Assembly (NCBI GenBank): GCA_035949735.1
Contig: DASYZC010000062.1
Span: forward strand, 4,574-68,573
Length of the DNA: 64,000 bases
Reading direction: 5' to 3'
Source of the DNA: Candidatus Acidiferrales bacterium
GTDB taxonomy: Bacteria > Acidobacteriota > Terriglobia > Acidiferrales > UBA7541
The translations under genes and the position numbers were made by a program. Of the stretch, positions 35,967 to 43,897 are shown one piece after another (the first letter of the stretch is position 1; each line of letters opens with the position of its first letter). Below the pieces are notes generated by a model, which was given only the letters and a program-made list of their open reading frames with translations, had not been told where the DNA came from and searched no databases.

Positions 35967-38900
35967 TTAGCCTCCAACAAATACGAGGAAAGGATCACTT
36001 CACGAGGGCTAAGGCCGTGCGGGTTTTGTTGTGCACGCGTAGCCTGGAAAAATAGCGCGGGGATGTCCCTTCGGAGAACGGCCAGCACCCTCAGCGGCTC
36101 GATCTCCGCTTTGAGGGCTTCAGCCACTTTCTTCGTCGTTGGACGAGGCAATGCTCCATCGACTAAGAGATGCATAACATCCTGCATGTAGCGTTCGTCA
36201 TCATCGGTGAATCCGTGATAGCGACGAATCTCTTTCGCCTTGAGGCGCTTCAATATGTAAGCGTCGTTCGCACCTCCTCTGTGCCCTTGAGTGCTATCGT
36301 CGAGATCCGCACTCGTCGCCTCGACGAACGCAGCCTTGCTCTTGTCGAGTAGGGTGTAAAAGTCAGCCGGGACGGATTGGCGCTTTTCGGACGGGTCGAG
36401 GGGTTTCAAGACTGTGGCGGCGGCGAAGAAATCAAGCTCACGAGACTTGGGACTGGTCGGTTCGGCCAGAAAGAATTTGTCCAGCTTCCCCTGGCGAAAG
36501 TAACTTAAAAGCGCCGGAAATCCCTTTGTCCCGCCCGTTGCTTCCTGAGTGACCTGCCTCGTCGAGCGTGCCTTTTTGGGTAGTCGTTTGATACGAGCAA
36601 ATAGCTCTGGATGTTTGTCGCGGACATCGCGAATCTCAGTCAAATATTCCAGTTCGCTCTGCTCCTCCTCGTCCTCGCCCGTGATCGTCTTCTTGGATGT
36701 CAGTTTCGCGAAGAGGTCATGTGATTTGATCTCCTCTCCCTCCGTGAGCAGGCGGGCGTCAGCGCCCAGCATTTCAATGAACGCCCGGATTTTCGCTTCG
36801 GCGGCTTCTTTCAACTTGATGAGGTCGTTGCTCTCGTCAGTTGGGAAAAAGTTGTAGGTGTGGATGGTGTCGAAAGTCGTATCGACACGGTTAACGCGTC
36901 CAACCCGCTGTATAAGCCGCGTTGGATTCCACGGGATGTCGTAATTGATCACGATATTGGAGCGATGCAGGTTAACGCCTTCGGAAAGCACTTCTGTGGC
37001 GACGAGAACCCGGTACTGATCTTTGGGATGAAAAGCACGTGCATCGAAGTTAGCGATGACTTCTTTGCGAACAGCCTCGTCAGAGCTACCGGTGAACAGC
37101 AGAACATCCTTTTCAACTTCATTTCTAATCTGTTCGGTAAGATATTCGGCAGTTTCCCTCGACTCCGTGAAGATAATCAGCTTGCCCTTCTTTAGCTTGG
37201 GTTCCCCGCGCAATACTTCACGGAAAGTGGCCCACTTGGGGTCGCGTTTAATCCGTTTCCAAAGGTCGGCAACTTCCCGGAGAATCTGGCGATCACTGTT
37301 CAAATCACGGATGAAATCAGCGCTGAACTCTTTAGCCTCCAAGGACTGGGCCTTTTCAGCTTCGAGCAGCCTGTCGATGCCTTCCTGGTCGTCGCTCTCC
37401 AGTAGATCGAAGACTTTGTTGATGTGCTTTTTGCTGATATAAACGTGGCCCTTGTGGTACTCGTCGATTACGCGGTCGTAGGACCGGATGAAGCGGTCGA
37501 GGGTTAAGCGGAACGCGTGAAAGCTGCTCTCAAGGCGTTTAATTAACAAAATCTTCATGAATTTCGCTAGGTTACGCTGGCTCTGCTTCTGTTGTTCCTC
37601 AATGTCGCCCTCGTAATACGTCAGCGGCTTGTAGCGAGCGTATGTGAAGTCTTTTGTCAGTAAGCGGATCGTCTCAAGGAAAACTTCGTTTTCAGCCTTG
37701 CTGAACTTATAAAACAAAGGCTGCGGATCAGTCACGTCCGGGAACTTCAGGCCCTGAAGATTGAGGTCTTCCCCGTAGTACTTCATGATTTCGGTTCTCG
37801 TGCGCCGAATCATCAGATGCTTCAGTACTTGCTCGCGGGTCGCCTTCGCGTTCGCCTGCACGGTATTGAAATACTGATCGCGGTCGGTCTGGCGGTCGAG
37901 TCCTTTGAGATTTTTCTCCAGAGTAGAAAAAAATGTCTCCAAGTTGCGAACGTTGGGAATTGTGCTGTTTTTCCCATTCTGGAACAATTTGACCTGGCTG
38001 AGAATGTCTCGGGGCGTATTGTTCATCGGTGTGGCCGAAACCAGAATGATGCGTTTGCCACGACAGATCTGCGCGAGCATTTCGTAGGTCTGAGTTGTTT
38101 CTGTACGAAAACGGTGAGATTCATCGATAAAGACGTTCGCGTACTTCGAGGTGTCGCGCTGAAGCAGGTCCTCAAGCTTCCCGAGGGACTCGAAATCCGT
38201 ATGAGGCACTCGGAAATCGCCGAAAACGTTTGGCCACGAGCCCGGGTTGTCTTTGTCTAGCAAGTGGGGCGGTGCAATTACGAGTGACCGTCCATTGAGT
38301 TGCTGGGCCAGCAACGCCGCCATGTACGTCTTGCCAAGGCCGACGACATCTGACAGGAACAATCCTCCGTATTCTTCGAGCACTTTCTTGGCACTCAAAA
38401 CGGCCTCTTCCTGATATTTCAGCCGCTTGAAATTGGTCGGAACATAAATGTCCTCCAATTCACTTGGCCGGTTCAATTCGTCACGGAAGTATTCATAGAG
38501 GAATTTTAAGTAGAGTTCGCGCGGTGTGAATTGCGCGAAAGGCGAGCGGTTAATGATCGTGTCCTCATACGGTTTGGACACGTCCACAGCAACTGCCCAG
38601 AGTTCGTTGAATTTCGCAAGGGCGAACTCATAGTCCGCCCGGTTCTTCAATTCGACGTTGAACTCCAAATTGTCTTGGAGACCCGATTGGCTCAGGTTGC
38701 TTGAACCAGTGATGACCCGACCCTTGTCCCTATCTCCTTCCGCGAAAGTCATGATGTAGACCTTTGCGTGCAAGTTCTCGGAGGCATGGGCCTTGACCTC
38801 CAGCTTCCCCGATCTCACCCACTCGACAAATTTGTGAACACCCGTTTCGACATCGGCGCTATCGGGAGATTTCTCAAGTTCATCGAGCACCTCATTGACG

Positions 38901-39208
38901 ACCTGTTCTTTCGTCGAAGCATGCGATTTGAGGGTCAGCTCTCCCTGTTCTTTCGCCCGCTGGAGCAGTTCGTACGCCTTACTGTCGGTTTTCAGGCCGA
39001 CCAAGATACGAATCTTCTCGATTTTCTCCAGGGTAGGGAACAGCTTGTAAAATCCGCTGATAAAAAAGTATCCAACCAAGCAATCGAAATAGCGGGTGTC
39101 TTCGGGTAGCAGATCCCCAAAGCGATCACGTAGGCTTTTGCCTGGTTCGTTTGTTAGAAACGTCAAATCAGATGACATAGGAGTCAGGATTGATCCCCCC
39201 GGCGTCAC
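35963..39208 (-). CDS. PLD-family nuclease domain fused to an SNF2-family helicase/translocase (1081 aa)
   Basis: HKD-type motif LHAKVYIM...GRVITGSSNLS. Helicase motifs DVVGLGKTYMA, FIDESHRFR, LVSATPMNN and WNPTRLIQRVGRVNR. Start is either GTG at 39208 (GGGGGAG upstream) or ATG at 39178. Confidence 0.85.
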   Translation of the reverse strand: MTPGGSILTPMSSDLTFLTNEPGKSLRDRFGDLLPEDTRYFDCLVGYFFISGFYKLFPTLEKIEKIRILVGLKTDSKAYELLQRAKEQGELTLKSHASTKEQVVNEVLDELEKSPDSADVETGVHKFVEWVRSGKLEVKAHASENLHAKVYIMTFAEGDRDKGRVITGSSNLSQSGLQDNLEFNVELKNRADYEFALAKFNELWAVAVDVSKPYEDTIINRSPFAQFTPRELYLKFLYEYFRDELNRPSELEDIYVPTNFKRLKYQEEAVLSAKKVLEEYGGLFLSDVVGLGKTYMAALLAQQLNGRSLVIAPPHLLDKDNPGSWPNVFGDFRVPHTDFESLGKLEDLLQRDTSKYANVFIDESHRFRTETTQTYEMLAQICRGKRIILVSATPMNNTPRDILSQVKLFQNGKNSTIPNVRNLETFFSTLEKNLKGLDRQTDRDQYFNTVQANAKATREQVLKHLMIRRTRTEIMKYYGEDLNLQGLKFPDVTDPQPLFYKFSKAENEVFLETIRLLTKDFTYARYKPLTYYEGDIEEQQKQSQRNLAKFMKILLIKRLESSFHAFRLTLDRFIRSYDRVIDEYHKGHVYISKKHINKVFDLLESDDQEGIDRLLEAEKAQSLEAKEFSADFIRDLNSDRQILREVADLWKRIKRDPKWATFREVLRGEPKLKKGKLIIFTESRETAEYLTEQIRNEVEKDVLLFTGSSDEAVRKEVIANFDARAFHPKDQYRVLVATEVLSEGVNLHRSNIVINYDIPWNPTRLIQRVGRVNRVDTTFDTIHTYNFFPTDESNDLIKLKEAAEAKIRAFIEMLGADARLLTEGEEIKSHDLFAKLTSKKTITGEDEEEQSELEYLTEIRDVRDKHPELFARIKRLPKKARSTRQVTQEATGGTKGFPALLSYFRQGKLDKFFLAEPTSPKSRELDFFAAATVLKPLDPSEKRQSVPADFYTLLDKSKAAFVEATSADLDDSTQGHRGGANDAYILKRLKAKEIRRYHGFTDDDERYMQDVMHLLVDGALPRPTTKKVAEALKAEIEPLRVLAVLRRDIPALFFQATRAQQNPHGLSPREVILSSYLLEAK

Positions 39209-39511
39209 ACTCTCGCTCCCCCATCAGAAACCGCCAATTACGGTTACCTTGGGCAACGGCCCAATAGTCGGTTCGGCGACTCAAAGCGGACCACTCCAGA
39301 CGTACCAGCATTTGTGAATTCATATTTCTCTTGAGGTCTCAGGAAACAACTGATTTTATACCTACTTGCGTCACGGAAAGCCAGTGCTCATCTCTCTTTA
39401 CGCTCTGCGCGGCCAGCGGACGAATCCGCGTCTCAAATCCACGAGCGGCACTCGGATGCCCGTGAGATCAATGACGGGATTCCGTAGGCCGAACCAAGAC
39501 GCGGTCCAAAT

Positions 39512-40123
39512 GTGCGATCATATCTGTTGCAAGCAGCGACTAAATTGCAGAAGAGAGCCGCAAAAAACATGCTCAAACAATCAGCGATGACACGCCCGCT
39601 TTTCGAGGAGCCTTCAGATGGAATTGAGAGGACAGAGCCGTTTTCCGGCCCGAAGGGATTCATGTTTGGCGGAATGTGTTCTGCAACGAAACAGCAGCTA
39701 GGGCAGCATTATTTTGAGGCGGCGGACCTTCTTATCCGCGCGATCAAACGTAATGAATTGGAGGACTACAAGCTAGCTCACCCAGTGTTTTTTCTATACC
39801 GTCATTCCATTGAGCTGACGCTCAAAAGTCTAATCGAATGGATGGAATCTCCAGATGTCTGGGGGCACAATCTTGCATCGCTAGCTGATCGGTTTGAAAC
39901 GGCTGTGCAGCGGAAATTCGGGCAGGAAGTGCCGAGTTGGATAATAGACCGGATAAAAGAGATTGCTGTAATGGACCCTGGTTCCACAACCTTCCGCTAC
40001 GACGATGCTCAGAACGATGGTGAGATGTATGTATCTCTGGTACACCTCCAAGAAGTGATGAAAGGATTGAACTCAGCCCTGTGCTCAGTATGGGTTCATC
40101 TGCTTCGTGAATCTGCAGAGTAA
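39512..40123 (+). CDS. Hypothetical protein with HEPN-like helical signature
   Basis: FFLYRHSIELTLKSLIEW...GHNLASL resembles the canonical HEPN helix pair, but no R-x4-6-H motif is evident. The start is uncertain; internal Met codons occur at MLKQSAM and MTRPLF. Confidence 0.4.
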   Translation: MRSYLLQAATKLQKRAAKNMLKQSAMTRPLFEEPSDGIERTEPFSGPKGFMFGGMCSATKQQLGQHYFEAADLLIRAIKRNELEDYKLAHPVFFLYRHSIELTLKSLIEWMESPDVWGHNLASLADRFETAVQRKFGQEVPSWIIDRIKEIAVMDPGSTTFRYDDAQNDGEMYVSLVHLQEVMKGLNSALCSVWVHLLRESAE

Positions 40124-40135
40124 TAGTTGGTGCTA

Positions 40136-41140
40136 TCACTGCTGAAGCTTCGGCTGTTGTTTTACACAGAGCGCAGTCGGCGCGGAATTCACAATGAAAT
40201 CCATATGAGCCTTCAGTATAGGAAAGACAGATGTTTCCTTCCCCGCGAGAGTCAGAGAGATCGTGCCAGCGCAGCACCTGCGAGACTCACTGCCTTTCGA
40301 GACTTTGCCTGAAAGATGGCTAGGTTCAGTGGATGGCAGTTGACTGGCACAGTGCTCTGACAACTGAGTACACAGGATGCGAATGTTGGTCGAGAGACTA
40401 CGCACTGCGGCGACAATTTCGGGTCTTGGCGTATCGTATCTGCCTCGGCCAATCGAAAAGATCAACGCTTCCGGCTTGCTCGCGTTGTAGAAGCTAGTCG
40501 CGAAACTTGACAGATCTGTGCTCGCTGGTCCTCCGCCATGATGTGGGAACACTGCGATCTCCGCCGAAATGTCAGGGCTACTCTCTAGAAGATTCGCCAA
40601 TCCGATTTCGTCAATATCTCCCGGAAGCAAAAGCAGTGGCTTGCCATCCCTCAACAGACGGACGATTGCACTGCTCGAATTGCTCGTTAGCTTTCTCCCT
40701 TTGTGGTCGTGGCTTCCTGGTCCTTTGACTGCAAGACCAGGGCTTGGAGCCAAAATCTCGACCTTAATCCTTGCCGTGTCGAAGTTCCCGGTTTGATTGG
40801 TGGTTAAGCCGACGTCGAAGCGAATCCTCCCCGCCTTATTTGCTTCATCCAAGAGATACGTCAAATCGTTCCAGGTTGGCGAGCCCTTCAGTGCGTCAGA
40901 ATTGATTCGCACAATATGCACCGCGACCGTTTGTGACTCCAAAAGGCTCACCAGACCCTTTATGTGGTCCTCGTCGGCGTGAGAGATGAGCACAACGCCA
41001 ACTTCTTTGATCCCCTCTTTCTCTAGAAAATCGAGCAATGTGGTTCCCGGACCCGCATCAATCACGACAACTTTGTCGTCAATTAGAACAGCGCAATTCC
41101 CGTGGCCGACATCCAGTATTGAAACCGTTGGTTCGGTCAT
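40136..41140 (-). CDS. ComEC/Rec2-type metallo-beta-lactamase-fold hydrolase (putative nuclease), 334 aa
   Basis: ILDVGHGNCAVLI and VVLISHADEDHIKGL match the SHxDxDH signature of the ComEC-type MBL domain. LLLPGDI and FPHHGG are further metal-ligand-like motifs. ATGA overlap with the upstream gene. Confidence 0.75.
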   Translation of the reverse strand: MTEPTVSILDVGHGNCAVLIDDKVVVIDAGPGTTLLDFLEKEGIKEVGVVLISHADEDHIKGLVSLLESQTVAVHIVRINSDALKGSPTWNDLTYLLDEANKAGRIRFDVGLTTNQTGNFDTARIKVEILAPSPGLAVKGPGSHDHKGRKLTSNSSSAIVRLLRDGKPLLLLPGDIDEIGLANLLESSPDISAEIAVFPHHGGGPASTDLSSFATSFYNASKPEALIFSIGRGRYDTPRPEIVAAVRSLSTNIRILCTQLSEHCASQLPSTEPSHLSGKVSKGSESRRCCAGTISLTLAGKETSVFPILKAHMDFIVNSAPTALCVKQQPKLQQ

Positions 41141-41823
41141 TTTGATTTGCTCTTAACTGGAAACTCAAAATTAGTGAAGAATAGAGCTTCGGGCTGCTCC
41201 GCCCCCTTGTTGACACTCGCAAAAAAACGTACCCCTGGCTTGATGAGCCTCCTGCGCCGGTACGGAATAAGGTCTAACGGCAGTCGGATAATTTCTTTGG
41301 AATCCCATCCTGGAATTGCGACGTAGAACAATGCAGGTTTGGAACTCGTCTCGACCGATTCAACGCGCACCAGCGTTCGCCACGCTCTCCTGCTCGGAAC
41401 AGGTGCACTCTTGAACTCACTTATGCATCGTGCGAAACCAGTCGCAATCGTATCGGGATTGATCTCGTCGATAGATATAAGAGACGGTATGAATGGAATG
41501 TATTGGCGGATAGCGTCAATGTCCGCCGTGCTCCAACGCGTACACAGGACTGCCGGGCACTGAGCGTTATAGAGCTCGGCGACGGCTTCTGCTCCGTTAA
41601 ACGCCGCGTAGTGGCCCTTCTTGAGACGGTGATCACTGACCACCGCATCAGCGTGTTTCTTCGTGGAGGCGACAAAGGTGCTCAGCTTTGGCAAGGGTCC
41701 GTCAGCGGGCAGTGCCTCAAGGTTCGCATCTGTGATTGTGAATGCCATCGCCTGCCTGGCCGTGGGGTCGTCGTCAATGACCTTTACCCGCGAAATAGTT
41801 TGACCAAATATGTTCAGAGCCAT
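41137..41823 (-). CDS. Receiver (REC)-like domain protein with unknown C-terminal domain (228 aa)
   Basis: Start MALNIF at 41823. VKVIDDDPTARQ (acidic pocket), AVVSDHRL (candidate phospho-Asp) and AVLCTRW (Thr). The conserved Lys is not evident. The C-terminal ~90 aa are unassigned. Confidence 0.6.
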   Translation of the reverse strand: MALNIFGQTISRVKVIDDDPTARQAMAFTITDANLEALPADGPLPKLSTFVASTKKHADAVVSDHRLKKGHYAAFNGAEAVAELYNAQCPAVLCTRWSTADIDAIRQYIPFIPSLISIDEINPDTIATGFARCISEFKSAPVPSRRAWRTLVRVESVETSSKPALFYVAIPGWDSKEIIRLPLDLIPYRRRRLIKPGVRFFASVNKGAEQPEALFFTNFEFPVKSKSK

Positions 41824-41824
41824 T

Positions 41825-43897
41825 TCATTTTCCAAGAATGGGGAGCTCCACCATGAAAGAAGCCCCTCCAAGATCGCCATGCGCCTGAGCCTTAACCGTT
41901 CCTCCCAGATCCTTTACCGCATCGTGAACGATGGTCAGCCCTAATCCGGTTCCGTTTGGTCGCGTTGTCTCGCCTGCAAGCCAGACATCATCTGGATCGA
42001 TTCCTTCGATTCCGGGACCATTGTCATCAAACCGAATCCGCAGGTTCCCATTAGCAACTTCCGTTCGAATTCCGATCTTGTATTTCTTAACCTGAACTTT
42101 CTCGAACCAGACGAGGCTGTTGTTCAAGAAATTCGTAACAATCGATTCGATTGCGGCCTTGCTTCCTCTCAAGTACGGCTTCCCGCCCGCAAGCTCGGTT
42201 GCGACCTCAACATCCCGTTCTTTGAAAAACGGCTCATACGTTTTGACGACCGACTCGATTATTTCGTGTATCTCTACTTGACTCGCTCTCCTCTTCTCGT
42301 GATCAAGCAGACTAAACGTCACATTGCCCAACACTTTCATTGCGTCCGTCGAGCGAATGATGAGTTCTACCGGTTCCGCCAAGGTATCGTTGTACCTATC
42401 GCCGAGTTCCTTTCTCGCTCTTCTTTCAATCGACTTAGCAGCTTGGTCGATGGCTTTGATCGGATTGCCCGCCGACTCATGGGCGAACGTGGCAGCAGTA
42501 ATTCCGGCAGTGCTCAAAGTACGGTAGAGTTGCACTTCCTTGCGAAGAGTCTTTATTTCTTTCTCTCGAACCACTTCGTATTTCTTGAAAGCTTGTTTGA
42601 TCGCCCGCCGCTTCGGAGCAGGCACTCGTTCGATTGCCTCCTTAATCTCCAGCTTGGCCTTTACGGTTCGCTTCGGGGCTTCCACCCTGTCACTAGCACG
42701 CCGCTTCAAAGCCTCCTTCATTCTGCATCGCGCCATCCATTCAAGCGCATCGTTAGCAAACCTTTTCAGTTCGAGGAATGCGTCATTCTCAATGAATCCC
42801 GACCGGTCAGTCTTCTGAGCGAGTCGGCCTCCAGTTTCGAAGGTTGAGACTCGTCCAATCGAGGTGTTTGTCGAAGGCCGCTCTTCGGGGCTGCGTGCCC
42901 TCCTTAAGTTCATGTCCAGCCAATCATTCCCAGGGTTTCCGTACGGACTGACGCGCAGACCATTCTGATAAAGATGCACACCGCCAAAGTGCCCGAGCCA
43001 CTCGCGCACTTCTTCGACGGAAGAAGTCCTGGTCGAAAAAGTCGCCTTGTTTAGAATGAAGACCCAGAGGTCAAACTGAGCTTCGGACGACGCGTATTTT
43101 GGATGCCCTGGTCCTGTACTGATCTCGGCATGTTTCGCGCTGAAAAGAGTCTTGCCCTTCCAGTCGGTGATGACCGCTCTCGCCGTACCATCTTTGTCCA
43201 GGTTTGCAGAAAGATGAAATTCAGCGTCCTCAAAGTACCGCGCTTTGACTAGCTTCTCCAAATCTGAGAATTCAGAAGCTTTCAAGACCGGCCTAAACCC
43301 CTCGGGATCGTCTCCAAAGGGATCGGCCAACAGAATCATTGCCCGCGCTAATCTGCTTACTTCCGCACGGGTGACGACAGCGCGGAGCTCGTCAATCGTG
43401 ACTACCGTGCCGGACGTCCCGCCGTTCTTGCGTGTGCTTCCTTCAACCGAGAGCGGTACTTCTTCTACTACCTGCGCCGCGTCATACTTTGACCAGTCAA
43501 TTGTGAGAAGGAACTCGCGCTGAGGAGCGGCGAGCGGCCAACTTCGCAACGTTGCTGAGTGCCCTAGTCGCAACGCTGCCAATCGCCCCAGTCCCTTACT
43601 TCCGGCTGGAACTCTGTTCAACCGTGTTCGCTGCTCTGGATTTCGGCCAGAGCGCCCGAGGATCAGCCAGCCATTAATGATTCCTTCTGCGTCCATGCCG
43701 TCGCCATTGTCGGAAATTTCAATCGTTCCTCCCATTTTTTCGGTGTTGCGCAACACAACCGTGCACTCTCTAGCGCTCGCATCAAAAGAGTTTTTGACAA
43801 GCTCAAGAATGCTCTGGTCGAGGCTCGGATTGAGTTCCTCTCCGAGGCGTCGCAGGATATCTGGCGAAAATCTGAGGGAAGTCGATGTATCTGTCAT
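41825..43897 (-). CDS. Dual GHKL protein: N-terminal MORC/Hsp90-like ATPase module plus C-terminal histidine-kinase transmitter (DHp + CA), 690 aa
   Basis: N-terminal module: ELVKNSFDA (N-box), ISDNGDGMD (G1), GSKGLGRLA (G2). A coiled-coil linker follows. C-terminal module: FAHESAGNP (H-box), NFLNNSLVW (N), DDNGPGI (G1), GTGLGLTIV (G2). The start ATG at 43895-43897 overlaps the MTase stop as ATGA. Confidence 0.75.
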   Translation of the reverse strand: MTDTSTSLRFSPDILRRLGEELNPSLDQSILELVKNSFDASARECTVVLRNTEKMGGTIEISDNGDGMDAEGIINGWLILGRSGRNPEQRTRLNRVPAGSKGLGRLAALRLGHSATLRSWPLAAPQREFLLTIDWSKYDAAQVVEEVPLSVEGSTRKNGGTSGTVVTIDELRAVVTRAEVSRLARAMILLADPFGDDPEGFRPVLKASEFSDLEKLVKARYFEDAEFHLSANLDKDGTARAVITDWKGKTLFSAKHAEISTGPGHPKYASSEAQFDLWVFILNKATFSTRTSSVEEVREWLGHFGGVHLYQNGLRVSPYGNPGNDWLDMNLRRARSPEERPSTNTSIGRVSTFETGGRLAQKTDRSGFIENDAFLELKRFANDALEWMARCRMKEALKRRASDRVEAPKRTVKAKLEIKEAIERVPAPKRRAIKQAFKKYEVVREKEIKTLRKEVQLYRTLSTAGITAATFAHESAGNPIKAIDQAAKSIERRARKELGDRYNDTLAEPVELIIRSTDAMKVLGNVTFSLLDHEKRRASQVEIHEIIESVVKTYEPFFKERDVEVATELAGGKPYLRGSKAAIESIVTNFLNNSLVWFEKVQVKKYKIGIRTEVANGNLRIRFDDNGPGIEGIDPDDVWLAGETTRPNGTGLGLTIVHDAVKDLGGTVKAQAHGDLGGASFMVELPILGK

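Noticed and set aside
32769-39208. A complete DISARM or BREX system
   Set aside because: There is no DUF1998 (DrmB) or DrmA-type helicase, and no PglZ, BrxC or BrxL-like genes anywhere in the window. Only the SNF2, PLD and MTase functions are present.
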